A stretch of DNA of 64,000 nt from an uncultured Candidatus Rokubacteria bacterium. Its GTDB lineage: Bacteria; Methylomirabilota; Methylomirabilia; Rokubacteriales; CSP1-6. The DNA lies in NCBI GenBank assembly GCA_963776725.1, contig CAVZOE010000006.1:970830-1034829 (forward strand), given 5' to 3'. Below the pieces are notes generated by a model. That model was given only the letters and a program-made list of their open reading frames with translations. It searched no databases and was not told the DNA's origin. Of this stretch, positions 22,215-31,879 are shown piece after piece; the first letter of the stretch is position 1, and every line of letters starts with the position of its first letter. Position numbers and translations under genes: made by a program.

Positions 22215-23720
22215 ATGAGGTTCGTCAGACGCTGGATGGCGCTCGCGCTGGTGGCGGTGGGCTGCGCCACGGGCTCCACCGACCGGGCGGGGCTCGACAA
22301 GCTCGAGCACATCATCGTCGTCTACGCCGAGAACCGGAGCTTCGATCACCTCTACGGGCTGTTCCCCGGCGCCAACGGCCTGGCCAACGCCACGCTGGAG
22401 CAGACGACGCAGGTGGATCGCGACGGCCGGCTCATGGACTCGCTGCCCCCCGTGTGGAAGCTCGGCACCTCCGAGCCCGACCCCCGCTTTCCGAGCGTGT
22501 TGCCGAACCGGCCCTTCCGGATCGACGCACCGCCGATCAACCTGCCGCCCTCGGTGCAGGTGCGCAACCTCGTCCATCGCTACTACCAGAACATCGAGCA
22601 GATCGCCGACGGCCGGAACAACCGCTTCGCCTCGATCTCGGACGCCGGTGGCCTCGTGATGGGCTACTACGACGGCAGCGGCTTGCCGATGTGGCAGTGG
22701 GCCCGCGAGTTCACGCTGGCCGACAACTTCTTCATGGGCGCCTTCGGCGGCTCGTTTCTGAACCACTTCTGGCTCGTGTGCGCGTGCACGCCGCTGGAGT
22801 CCGCCGCGCCGGCGAGCGAGCGCGCCACCCTCGACGTCACCGGGCGGCTCGTCCGCCGGCCTGAGTCGCCGGCCTCGGCGATGCAGGGGCCGCCGCAGTT
22901 CCGCGACGGCGAGTTCTCGCCCGACGGCTATGCGATCAACACCGCCCAGCCTCCGTATCAGCCTTCCGGCGTGCGGCCGGCCGCCACGGGCGATCTCCGC
23001 TTCGCCGATCCAGCTCGCCACCCCCTGCATCCGCAAAGCCTGAGGACCGTGGGCGACACGCTGTCGGCGCGCGGCGTGTCGTGGGCGTGGTACGCCGGCG
23101 CGTGGCAACGCGCGCTGGCCGATGGCATGCAGCCGCCGTCGGCCAACCGCAGCGTGATCTACACGCGCGTGCAGGGCACACTCAACTTCCAGCCGCACCA
23201 CCATCCGTTCAACTACTTCCTGCGCTTCGCGCCCGGCACGGCCGATCGCGAGCGCCATCTCAAGGACGGGGACGACCTGGTGGCCGCGATCGACGCCGGC
23301 ACCCTGCCGCAGGTGGCGTTCTACAAGCCGGAAGGCGACCTGAACGAGCATCCCGGCTACACCGACATCGTATCGGGTGACCGGCACATCGCGGAGCTGC
23401 TGGCCCGGATCCGCAAGAGTCCGCTCTGGCCGAAGGTCGCGGTGATCGTCACCTACGACGAGAACGGAGGCTGGTGGGATCACGTGCCGCCGCCCCGCGG
23501 CGCGGGATGGAGCGATCGCTGGGGCCCGGGGACGCGCGTGCCCACGATCGTGGTCTCGCCCTACGCCCGGCGCGGGTACGTCGACTCCACGTCCTATGAC
23601 ACGACGTCGATCATCAAGCTGCTCACCCGCCGCTTCGATCTCGAGCCGCTTCCCGGCGTGCGGGCGCGAGCCGGCGACCTCACGGCCGCGTTCGACTTCG
23701 CGCGCGCGCCCACCCCATGA
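22215..23720 (+). CDS. AcpA-type acid phosphatase (phosphoesterase family), probable lipoprotein
   Basis: GGAGG SD; LALVAVGC lipobox-like; HIIVVYAENRSFDHLYG; TYDENGGWWDHV; GPGTRVP. Confidence 0.9.
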   Translation: MRFVRRWMALALVAVGCATGSTDRAGLDKLEHIIVVYAENRSFDHLYGLFPGANGLANATLEQTTQVDRDGRLMDSLPPVWKLGTSEPDPRFPSVLPNRPFRIDAPPINLPPSVQVRNLVHRYYQNIEQIADGRNNRFASISDAGGLVMGYYDGSGLPMWQWAREFTLADNFFMGAFGGSFLNHFWLVCACTPLESAAPASERATLDVTGRLVRRPESPASAMQGPPQFRDGEFSPDGYAINTAQPPYQPSGVRPAATGDLRFADPARHPLHPQSLRTVGDTLSARGVSWAWYAGAWQRALADGMQPPSANRSVIYTRVQGTLNFQPHHHPFNYFLRFAPGTADRERHLKDGDDLVAAIDAGTLPQVAFYKPEGDLNEHPGYTDIVSGDRHIAELLARIRKSPLWPKVAVIVTYDENGGWWDHVPPPRGAGWSDRWGPGTRVPTIVVSPYARRGYVDSTSYDTTSIIKLLTRRFDLEPLPGVRARAGDLTAAFDFARAPTP

Positions 23721-24523
23721 CGCTCCGGGCCCGACTGAGCGCGCTCTATCCCGAGACCTCGGGCCGCCGCCTCAAGCAGTGGCTGGAGGGGGGCCGGGTG
23801 CGGGTCAACGGCGAGGTCGTCAAGCGCGGCGACGTCAGCGTCACCGCGACCGACCGCGTCGAGCTGGGCGGCCCGCCGCCCCCGCCGTTTCCACCGATCC
23901 TGAAGCTCGTCCACGAGGACGACGACCTGCTGGTGATCGACAAGCCGCCGGGGCTGCTGACGATCAGTACGGAGAGCGAGCGGGAGCGGACGGCCTACCG
24001 CCTGCTGCGCGACTGGCTGGACGCGCGGGGAGCCGGGCGCATCTTCGTGGTGCACCGTCTCGACCGCGAGACCTCCGGCCTCGTCGTGTTCGCACGGACC
24101 GGGGCGGCCAAGGAGGCACTGCAGGCGCAGTTCAAGGCGCGCCAGCCCGAGCGTGTGTACGTGGCACGCGTGGAGGGGCGGGTCCGCGACGACGAGGGCA
24201 CGCTGGTCTCGCGCCTGCACGAGGACCGCGGGCTCCGCGTGCGTCCCGCGCGCGGCGAAGAGCCGGGGCGGGAGTCGATCACGCGCTACCGGGTTCTCTC
24301 ACGGCTGCCCGACGCGACGCTGCTCGAGCTCACGCTGACGACCGGACGCCGCGGCCAGATTCGCTCGCAGCTCGCGGAGCTGGGCCACCCGATCGTCGGC
24401 GACCGAGCGTACGGCAGCCGACGCGACCCGCTCCACCGCGTCTGTCTGCACGCCACGCGTCTCGGCTTCACCCACCGCAGCCGACGGTGGGTCGTCTTCG
24501 ACAGCCCAGTCCCGGCTGGTTTT
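23717..24523 (+). CDS. RluA/RluD-family pseudouridine synthase with S4 domain; homologous part ends near 24523, ORF stays open through a repeat to 24790
   Basis: DKPPGLL, VHRLDRETSGL (catalytic Asp), TGRRGQIR, GHPIVGDRAYG, LHATRLGF. Confidence 0.9.
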
Positions 24524-24666
24524 TATGGGGGGCCCCGAAATGGCCCCCCATACCCCCACGCTCCGCGCCCCGGCAGAGCCGTGACGCTTCGCGGGCGTCG
24601 CAGTCAAATACCGGGCCCCCAAGCCCCCGGCGCTCGGCGCGTCCCGGGGGACCCGGGGCGCGCCTC
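24524..24666. repeat. GC-rich hairpin repeat with two degenerate units, between convergent genes
   Basis: Perfect 11-bp stem TATGGGGGGCC-CCGAAAT-GGCCCCCCATA (24524-24552), then parallel units CCCCCCATACCCCCACGCTCCGCGCCCCGG and CCCCCAAGCCCCCGGCGCTCGGCGCGTCCCGG, each followed by a hairpin. Confidence 0.65.
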
Positions 24667-24711
24667 GGTTCTACGCGCCGGCGGCCCCGGCCTCGTTAGC
24701 CGGCCTGGTGC

Positions 24712-25425
24712 TCAGTTGGTGGTCTTGAGGTGGCGGTCGAGGTACGCGAGCATCTTTTCCCACGCGTCGGCGGCTTGCTTGGGGCGATAGCGCTCGGCGT
24801 TGCCGAAGTTCAGGAATGCGTGGCCCGCGCCCTCGTACATGTGGAACTCGTGGGGCTTGCCGAGCCGGGTCATCTCCGCGTCGATCTTCTTCACGTCGTC
24901 CGGGGAGGGATTGGTGTCCTCGGCGCCGAAGAAGCCGACGACAGGGCAGGTGATGTTGGCGGTGAGATCGAAGGGCGTCGGGCTGTCGCCCCACGGCTTC
25001 ATGATGCTGCCGCCGTAGAAGACGCCGGCAGCGCGCCACGCCGCGGGCCGCGATCCGGCCAGCATGAAGGTGACCCGGCCCCCCATGCAGAAGCCCAGCA
25101 CCGCGAGGTTTCCGACCCGCGACTCGCGTAGCTGGCGCATGTGAGCGATCGTGGCGTCCACGTCGCCGACGATCTCCCGATCACGCAGCCGCCCGATGCG
25201 CGCCATCATGTCCGCACCGTCCGCGGGCTGGCGGTGATAGAGATCGGGCGCGGCCGCGGCGTACCCGTGGCGGGCGAGATCTTCCACCCGGTCCTCGATG
25301 AAGCGATCGAGTCCAGGGCCGTGCTGGATGACCACCACGCCCGGCGCCGTACCGCCGCCCGCCGGCGTGTCGAGGTAGACGCGCATCGGTGTTCCGTCGA
25401 CCTGCAGCGTGTCCCAGCGAGCCAT
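24712..25425 (-). CDS. Dienelactone hydrolase family protein
   Basis: AGGAGG SD; APDLYHR; GFCMGG nucleophile motif; YEGAGHAF. Confidence 0.92.
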   Translation of the reverse strand: MARWDTLQVDGTPMRVYLDTPAGGGTAPGVVVIQHGPGLDRFIEDRVEDLARHGYAAAAPDLYHRQPADGADMMARIGRLRDREIVGDVDATIAHMRQLRESRVGNLAVLGFCMGGRVTFMLAGSRPAAWRAAGVFYGGSIMKPWGDSPTPFDLTANITCPVVGFFGAEDTNPSPDDVKKIDAEMTRLGKPHEFHMYEGAGHAFLNFGNAERYRPKQAADAWEKMLAYLDRHLKTTN

Positions 25426-25509
25426 GGCGACCTCCTGTGATCGGCGCGTGGTTGCGTCGCGGTACGCCAGAGCATACCCTACGCGGACGAATCGAGGAGG
25501 TGTCCGACC

Positions 25510-25950
25510 ATGAGCCTCACGCTGCCGCAAGCCGCCATGATCGTGGAAGTCGCGCTGCGCAAGGGTCGCGAGACCAGCTGCGCGCCCCTGGCGGTCGCCG
25601 TGCTCGACGCCGGCGGCCACCTGAAGTGTTTCGCGCGCGAGGACGGCGCGGGCATCGTCCGCCCGCAGATCGCCATCGGCAAGGCGTGGGGCGCCCTCGG
25701 GATGGGACTCGGCTCGCGGACGCTGGCCCGACGAGTGACCGAACAGCCGCAGCAGGTGGCCTTCTTCGGCGCGCTCAACGCCATGTCGGAAGGCCGCGTG
25801 GTGCCGGCCCCCGGCGGCGTGCTCATCCGGGATGCCGCCGGCGCGGTGCTCGGCGCAGTCGGCATCTCGGGCGACGTCTCGGACAAGGACGAGGCGTGCG
25901 CGCTGGCCGGCATCGAGGCCGCCAAGCTCGTGGCCGATCCCGGCGCCTGA
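25510..25950 (+). CDS. GlcG/HbpS heme-binding protein
   Basis: AVAVLDAGGHL..REDGA..IAIGKAWGA..GGVLIRD..GAVGISG. Confidence 0.9.
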   Translation: MSLTLPQAAMIVEVALRKGRETSCAPLAVAVLDAGGHLKCFAREDGAGIVRPQIAIGKAWGALGMGLGSRTLARRVTEQPQQVAFFGALNAMSEGRVVPAPGGVLIRDAAGAVLGAVGISGDVSDKDEACALAGIEAAKLVADPGA

Positions 25951-26216
25951 CCTCCCGCATCCGCCGCGACAAGCACACGGCAATCCGCCGCGTTGATCGC
26001 CAAGAAGGCCGCCGCGAAACAGGCTGGGCTCTCCGCGTCGGCGCCGGCGGCCTCTGGGGCGGCTTCGGCTTCCTCTGGACCGCCCGCCGCGGAATCGTCC
26101 GCATGTACGTCTCCCGCCTCGACGCCTTCATCTGGATCGAACGCGGCCGCGAGCAGGCCTGGCTGATCACCCCCGAACAGCCCGACGTCTTTCTTCACGC
26201 GCTGTCCCACCAGTGA
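25951..26216 (+). pseudogene. Startless C-terminal gene remnant resembling bacterial PH-domain proteins
   Basis: Frame reads GWALRVGAGGLWGGFGFLWTARRGIVRMYVSRLDAFIWIERGREQAWLITPEQPDVFLHALSHQ* with no start codon or RBS after the GlcG stop. Confidence 0.4.
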
Positions 26217-26646
26217 CGCCGTGGCGTCCGGTGGTGGTGCCGGCGGGGACGCGTGGTCCTGGGCGCGCCATCATGGCGAGCCGTCGTCGCCGTTAGGAGC
26301 GCAGGGCCCGGCGAGCGAGCCGCCAACGCCGGACTACGCGCCGACCGAGCCCCTGTGGGGATGGGGGCCGAGCGAGCCGGGCCCGGAGCGAGTTACGGCG
26401 ACAGGCGAGCCATGCTGGCGCGCCCAGGACCACGCGTCCCTGCCGGCGCCGCCACCGGATGCCACGCAAATCGCCAACGGTCGTCACACGGCGGTTCAAG
26501 TTCAAGGGCGTCGTGCGCGCGCGCCGCAACAAGACGATCACTCCCGAGGATCGGCTCCAGTACGTCACGATGCATAAGTTCGAGAGCGAGGAGTGCAGTC
26601 TGGCCCTGACGGTCCGCGGGCGGTCATCTGTTAAGATCGAGCCGCG

Positions 26647-28404
26647 ATGATCGTGCTCGGCATCTCGGAAACGCACTGCGCGACCGCGGCGATCCTGCGC
26701 GACGGCGCCGTCGTGGGGTGCGCCTCCGAGGAGCGCTTCACGCGGCTGAAGAACGACGCCGGCTACCCGCGGCTGGCGGTGGACGCGCTCTTGCGCGAGT
26801 GCGGACTGCGGGCCGAGCAGATCGATCTGGTGGTGCTGGCCGGACGGCAGGCCTACGCCCGTGAGTGGATGAACCGCGTGCTCCACGACGCCGCCTACGC
26901 CCGCGAGTACTACGGCGTGCGTCTGGACGAGCCGCGGGGCGGGGTCGGCAAGCGCGCGCGCAAGCTCGGCGCCCGGCTCGGTCTCGTCGAGCGGGCGCGC
27001 GGCAAGTTCACGCTCAGCGACGACGAGCGGCTCGGCCTCGTCACGAGCCATCTGGGCCTGGGCCAGGACCGGATCGTCACCCGCGACCACCACACCTGCC
27101 ACGCCGCCGCCGCCTACTTCGGCTCGTCGTTCGCCGGGGCGCCGGCCCTGGTGCTGACCAACGACAATTCGGGCGACGGGCTCTGCGCCACCGCATCCAG
27201 CGCGGGCGGCACCACGCTCGAGCGGCGCGAGGCCACGCCGAGCGCGGCCGGCTCGCTCGGATCGTTCTACTCGTTCGTCACGCTGCTGCTCGGCATGAAG
27301 TTCGGCGAGCACGAGTACAAGGTGATGGGGATGGCGCCCTACGCCTCGGCCGGCGCCACCGAGCGGGCCGCCGCCGCGCTGGACGAGGTCTTCGGCCTCA
27401 CCGAGGACACGCCGGCGACCTTTGCGTGGCGGCGGCGCGGCTCGCGCTACCGCGTGCTCCTCGAAGCCACGCTCGGACTGCGCTTCGACGCCATCGCCGG
27501 CGGCGCGCAGCGCGTGGTCGAGGAGTCGCTGCTGCGCTGGGCCCGGCTGATGCACGAGCGCCACGGCGCCGAGCGGCTCGCGCTCGGGGGCGGCGTGTTC
27601 ATGAACGTGAAGGCCAACATGCGACTGGCGGAGGAGGAGTGGGTCCGCGATCTCTTCGTGTTCCCCTCCTGCGGCGACGAGTCGAATGCGGTCGGCGCGG
27701 CCTACCTGGGCTATCTCGACCTGTGCGCGCGTCTGGGCCGGCCGCCCGCGCCGCAGCCCTTCGGCCCGGCCTATCTCGGCCCCACGCTGGACGACGCGGA
27801 GGCCGAGGCGCTGATCCGCACGCGTGACGTGGCCGCGCGGCACCGCGTGAGCGAGCCCGCGCAGATCGAGGACCGCATCGCCGAGCTGCTGGTGAGCGAC
27901 GGCGTGGTGGCGCGCTGCGCCGGGCGCGCTGAGTTCGGCGCCCGGGCGCTGGGCAACCGATCGATCCTGGCCAACCCCTCCGACTTCCGCGTGGTGAGCG
28001 TCATCAATCGGATGATCAAGAATCGCGACTTCTGGATGCCGTTCGCGCCGAGCGTGCTGCGCGAGCGTGAGAGCGACTACATCGTCAATCCCAAGGGGCT
28101 GGCCTCGCCCTACATGATGCTGGCCTTCGCCACCAACCCCAAGCGCCGGGACGAGATCACGGCCGCCGTGCATCCGCACGACGGGACGGCTCGTGCCCAC
28201 CTCGTGGACGAGGCCTGGAACCCCGGCTACCATCGCGTCATCCGGGAGTTCGAGCGGCGGACCGGCATCGGGGCGGTGCTCAACACGTCCTTCAACCTTC
28301 ACGGCGAGCCGCTGGTCGGCTCGCCCGCCGACGCTCTCGACACGTTCGAACGTTCGGGCCTGCCGCACCTGGCGCTGGGTCGGTTCCTGATCTCCAAGAA
28401 GTAG
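26647..28404 (+). CDS. NodU/CmcH-family O-carbamoyltransferase
   Basis: MIVLGISETHCATAA..SEERFTRLK; HHTCHAA; EYKVMGMAPY; GGVFMNVKAN; EFGARALGNRSILA; LNTSFNLHGEP. Confidence 0.93.
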   Translation: MIVLGISETHCATAAILRDGAVVGCASEERFTRLKNDAGYPRLAVDALLRECGLRAEQIDLVVLAGRQAYAREWMNRVLHDAAYAREYYGVRLDEPRGGVGKRARKLGARLGLVERARGKFTLSDDERLGLVTSHLGLGQDRIVTRDHHTCHAAAAYFGSSFAGAPALVLTNDNSGDGLCATASSAGGTTLERREATPSAAGSLGSFYSFVTLLLGMKFGEHEYKVMGMAPYASAGATERAAAALDEVFGLTEDTPATFAWRRRGSRYRVLLEATLGLRFDAIAGGAQRVVEESLLRWARLMHERHGAERLALGGGVFMNVKANMRLAEEEWVRDLFVFPSCGDESNAVGAAYLGYLDLCARLGRPPAPQPFGPAYLGPTLDDAEAEALIRTRDVAARHRVSEPAQIEDRIAELLVSDGVVARCAGRAEFGARALGNRSILANPSDFRVVSVINRMIKNRDFWMPFAPSVLRERESDYIVNPKGLASPYMMLAFATNPKRRDEITAAVHPHDGTARAHLVDEAWNPGYHRVIREFERRTGIGAVLNTSFNLHGEPLVGSPADALDTFERSGLPHLALGRFLISKK

Positions 28405-28438
28405 CCCGCCGCCGGGGCGACGCCACAGGAGGCGAGCC

Positions 28439-28882
28439 ATGTTCAGCGAGTTCAAGACCTTCATCATGCGCGGCAACGTGATGGACCTCGCCGTCGGTAT
28501 CGTCATCGGCGCGGCCTTCACCACCGTCATCAACTCCTTCGTCAACGACATCCTGATGCCGCCCATCGGCCTGCTGCTGGGCAAGGTCGATTTCGCCAAC
28601 CTGTTCGTCAGCCTCAACCGCCAGCCGTTCCCCTCGGTGGCCGCGGCCAAGGCGGCCGGCGCCCCGACGCTGAACTACGGCATGTTCATCAACAACGTCA
28701 TCAACTTCCTGATCGTGGGCTTCGTCGTCTTCCTCATCGTCAAGCAGGTGAACCGGATGCAGGCGCCGGCGCCGGCGGCCGCTGCGCCGACGAGCAGGCC
28801 GTGCCCGCAGTGCGCGATGGACATCCCGCGCGCGGCGCGCCGCTGCCCGCACTGCACCTCCGACCTGAGCGCCGCTCGCTGA
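28439..28882 (+). CDS. mscL: Large-conductance mechanosensitive channel with C-terminal CxxC...CxxC tail
   Basis: EFKTFIMRGNVMDLAVGIVIGAAF; YGMFINNVINFLI; tail CPQC..CPHC. Confidence 0.95.
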   Translation: MFSEFKTFIMRGNVMDLAVGIVIGAAFTTVINSFVNDILMPPIGLLLGKVDFANLFVSLNRQPFPSVAAAKAAGAPTLNYGMFINNVINFLIVGFVVFLIVKQVNRMQAPAPAAAAPTSRPCPQCAMDIPRAARRCPHCTSDLSAAR

Positions 28883-28921
28883 GCACGTCCGACTCCGGCC
28901 ACCGATCCGGTCCTCGACGCC

Positions 28922-29659
28922 ATGGTCGCGGCGGCGCAGGCCGGTGGCGCCGTCGCGCTCGCGCACTTTCGCCGCGGCGTCGAGGTGCAGATCAAGGCCG
29001 ATCGCTCGCCGGTCAGCGTCGCCGACCGCGAGGGCGAGCAGGCGATCGCCGAGATCCTGACGCGCGCGTGCCCCGATCACGGCTACCTCGGCGAAGAGCT
29101 GGGCGAGCGCGGGCCGGTGACGCGCCGGTTCATCGTGGACCCGATCGACGGCACGCGGAACTTCGTGCGGGGGATCGGGTACTGGGCGGTGCTGGTGGCG
29201 CTGGAGGAAGACGGCGTGATCACCGCCGGCGTCATCCATCAACCGGTGTCCGGTGAGGTGTACCGGGCGCGGCGGGGGCGCGGCGCGTGGCTCGGGGATC
29301 AGCCCATCCGCGTGTCGGCGATCGACGACCTCGCCGGTGCGACGCTGACGTTCGGCACGCTCAAGATCCTGCGCCGCCGCGGGCGCTGGGACGCCTTCGT
29401 GCGCCTGATCGACGCGACCCGCAGCCAGCGTGGCTTCGGCGATTTCCTCGGCTACGCCTGGCTGGCGGCCGGTCGCGTGGAGATCGCGCTCGGCCTGAAC
29501 CTCAAGATCTGGGACCTGGCGGCGCCCAAGATCGTCATCGAGGAGGCCGGCGGCCGGCTCACCGATCTCGACGGCAACGACTCGCTGACCTCGGGCCACG
29601 CCCTGGCCACCAACGGCCACCTCCACGCCGCCGCGCTCGAGGCCCTCGCCGGCGGCTGA
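28922..29659 (+). CDS. Inositol monophosphatase / histidinol-phosphatase family (start may be slightly upstream)
   Basis: SPVSVADRE, GEE, VDPIDGTRNF, WDLAA. Confidence 0.88.
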   Translation: MVAAAQAGGAVALAHFRRGVEVQIKADRSPVSVADREGEQAIAEILTRACPDHGYLGEELGERGPVTRRFIVDPIDGTRNFVRGIGYWAVLVALEEDGVITAGVIHQPVSGEVYRARRGRGAWLGDQPIRVSAIDDLAGATLTFGTLKILRRRGRWDAFVRLIDATRSQRGFGDFLGYAWLAAGRVEIALGLNLKIWDLAAPKIVIEEAGGRLTDLDGNDSLTSGHALATNGHLHAAALEALAGG

Positions 29660-29675
29660 GCGTGGTCGCCTGAGG

Positions 29676-30629
29676 TCAGTACCCGCGGCGGCGGTCCACC
29701 ATGTGGCGCAGGGGCCGCCCGGCCAGCCAGCGCGCGAGGTTGTCGTTGAAGATCGGCGCGAGCTCGTCGGGCGTGCTCGGCCCGGAGATGTGCGGGGTGA
29801 TCACGGCGTTGTCCAGACGCCACAGCGGGTGCTCGGCCGGCAGCGGCTCCCTGGGAAAGACGTCGAGCACGGCGCCGGCGATGTGCCGCGCGCGCAGCGC
29901 CTCGACGAGAGCCGCCTCGTCCACGAGGGCGCCGCGGCCGATGTTCAGCAGCCAGGCGGACGAGCGCATGGCGGCCAGCGCGCTCGCATCGATCAGCCCG
30001 CGCGTCTGAGGCGTGAGCGGGACCACGAGCACCACGAAGTCCGCGACGGCCAGCGCGCGGTGCAGGTGCGCCACACGGTAGACGCGCTCGACGCCCGGCA
30101 CCCGCCGGCCCGAGCGATTCACGCCAATCACGCGCATGCCGACCGACGCGGCCGCCCGCGCGATCACCCGGCCGATGTCGCCGACGCCGACCAGCGCCAG
30201 CGTCGCGCCACGCAGGCGAGCGGGCAGCAGCTCGCCCAGCCAGCGCTGCTCGCGCTGGGCCGCGCGGTACGTTTCCATGCGCTGCGTGACCCACAGACAC
30301 CAGCCCAGCACGTACTCGCTCATCCACGCGCCGAAGACGCCGGGGGCGCGCGTGATGACGACGCTCGGCGGTAGCTCGGGGACGAACGCCCAGTCGACGC
30401 CGGCGCCCATCACCTGATGCCACGTCAGTCGCGGGGCCTTGGCGTAGAGAGACGCCGGGAACTTCCAGCCGTAGACGATGTCGATCTCGCCGATGACCGC
30501 GGCCGCCTCCGCTTCGGTGGCCGCCGGATGGACGGTGACGGACCGCCCGCGGGGGGCGTGGATCGTCCTGGCGTAGGCGGGGGCCTCGTCGGGGTTGTAG
30601 ACGAGGATCGCCGGGCGTCTCGCCTTCAT
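29676..30629 (-). CDS. D-2-hydroxyacid dehydrogenase
   Basis: VGVGDIG; PLTPQT; NIGRG; LDVFPREPLP; ITPHISG. Confidence 0.92.
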   Translation of the reverse strand: MKARRPAILVYNPDEAPAYARTIHAPRGRSVTVHPAATEAEAAAVIGEIDIVYGWKFPASLYAKAPRLTWHQVMGAGVDWAFVPELPPSVVITRAPGVFGAWMSEYVLGWCLWVTQRMETYRAAQREQRWLGELLPARLRGATLALVGVGDIGRVIARAAASVGMRVIGVNRSGRRVPGVERVYRVAHLHRALAVADFVVLVVPLTPQTRGLIDASALAAMRSSAWLLNIGRGALVDEAALVEALRARHIAGAVLDVFPREPLPAEHPLWRLDNAVITPHISGPSTPDELAPIFNDNLARWLAGRPLRHMVDRRRGY

Positions 30630-31588
30630 CAGGCGCCGAGCGTGCGGAGCAGCGCGTCCTCCCCCGCGAAGTCGATGGGGCGGCGATCCAGGCCTTCGCG
30701 CAGATACCACTCGAACGTCTGGGCCAGGCCGGCGGCCAGCGAGTAGCGCGGGCGGATGCCCAGCTCGGCGCGCACGCGCGTCGTGGTGTAGACGGCGTGG
30801 CAGTCGTAGACGAGGTTCTGCCCGAACGGCGCCGGCTTGCCGCCCGCCGGCGTGGGCGCGGGGACGAGCGTCAGCGGGCGCTTGATCACGTCCGCGATCA
30901 GCTCGGCGAAGCCCGCCTGGGTGATCGCCTCCTCCCCGCTGACGTTGTAGCTGCGACCGAAGGCGGCCGGCACGCCCAGCATGGCGGCCATGGCGTCGGC
31001 CAGGTCCTCGACGTGGCCGAACTGGCGCAGCCACCCGCCGGCGTCCGGGAGCAGGACCGGGCGTCCGCGCACCAGCCGGTCGAAGAAGAAGGTCTCGTTG
31101 TTGCGCGTGTTGAGCGGGCCGTAGACGTGGGTCGGGCGCACGATCGTCACCGGCAGGCCCGCCTCGCGGTGGCGCCGCAGCAGGGCGTCCTCGCCGGCGA
31201 TCTTGTTCTTCGCGTACTCGCCCCAGTAGAGGTTGCGCGGCGTGTCCTCGTCGAACGGGATGGGCTGCGCGTGATCGTAGACGCGGCCGGTGGAGACGAA
31301 CAGCGCGTGGCCCACGCGCCCGGCCAGCGCCTCGAGCATCGCGTCGACGTCGGCCCCGGTGGTCGGCGCGTAGGTCACGTCCACCAGCGCATCGACGCGC
31401 TCGCCGGCCAGGGCCTTGCCCAGTGCGGCGTGATCGAGGCGGTCGGCCACGATCGTGCGCACGCCGGCGGGCAGGCGGCCCGGGTTCCGTCCCCGATTGA
31501 GCACGACGACCTCGTGGCCGTCGCGCCGCAGCGACTGCAGCAGGTGCAGGCTGATGAACTCGGTGCCGCCGGCGATGAGGACGCGCAC
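30629..31588 (-). CDS. NAD-dependent epimerase/dehydratase family protein
   Basis: MRVLIAGGTEFIS; YAKNK; VRPTHVYGP; HVEDLA. Confidence 0.88.
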   Translation of the reverse strand: MRVLIAGGTEFISLHLLQSLRRDGHEVVVLNRGRNPGRLPAGVRTIVADRLDHAALGKALAGERVDALVDVTYAPTTGADVDAMLEALAGRVGHALFVSTGRVYDHAQPIPFDEDTPRNLYWGEYAKNKIAGEDALLRRHREAGLPVTIVRPTHVYGPLNTRNNETFFFDRLVRGRPVLLPDAGGWLRQFGHVEDLADAMAAMLGVPAAFGRSYNVSGEEAITQAGFAELIADVIKRPLTLVPAPTPAGGKPAPFGQNLVYDCHAVYTTTRVRAELGIRPRYSLAAGLAQTFEWYLREGLDRRPIDFAGEDALLRTLGA

Positions 31589-31590
31589 CC

Positions 31591-31863
31591 TCAGCCGATC
31601 GCGATGGCGACGCAGGTCGTGGTGCGGGTGACGCCGTCGATCACGCCGATCTGGTCGGTGACGAGCTGACCGATGCCGTCCAGCGTGGCGCCTTCCACCT
31701 GCGCGATGAAGTCGTACGGGCCGGTGACGGCGTCGAGGTGGGCCAGGGCCGAGCCGCGCGCGGCGATGCGGCCGAGCTCCTTCTTGACCGTCTTGGTCTT
31801 GCCGGGGGCGGTCTCGATCAACACGTACGCCTTCATGCCGCGCCGGGCGGGCTTGGTCGCCAT
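31591..31863 (-). CDS. Lrp/AsnC ligand-binding-domain protein
   Basis: KAYVLIETAPGK..VTGPYDFIA..IDGVTRTTTC; AGGAGG SD. Confidence 0.88.
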   Translation of the reverse strand: MATKPARRGMKAYVLIETAPGKTKTVKKELGRIAARGSALAHLDAVTGPYDFIAQVEGATLDGIGQLVTDQIGVIDGVTRTTTCVAIAIG

Positions 31864-31879
31864 GGGAGCCTCCTTCGGG

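Noticed and set aside
26459-26650. 63-aa ORF upstream of the carbamoyltransferase
   Set aside because: It has no SD or recognisable family and overlaps the likely -10 of the next gene, so it is not called as a CDS.
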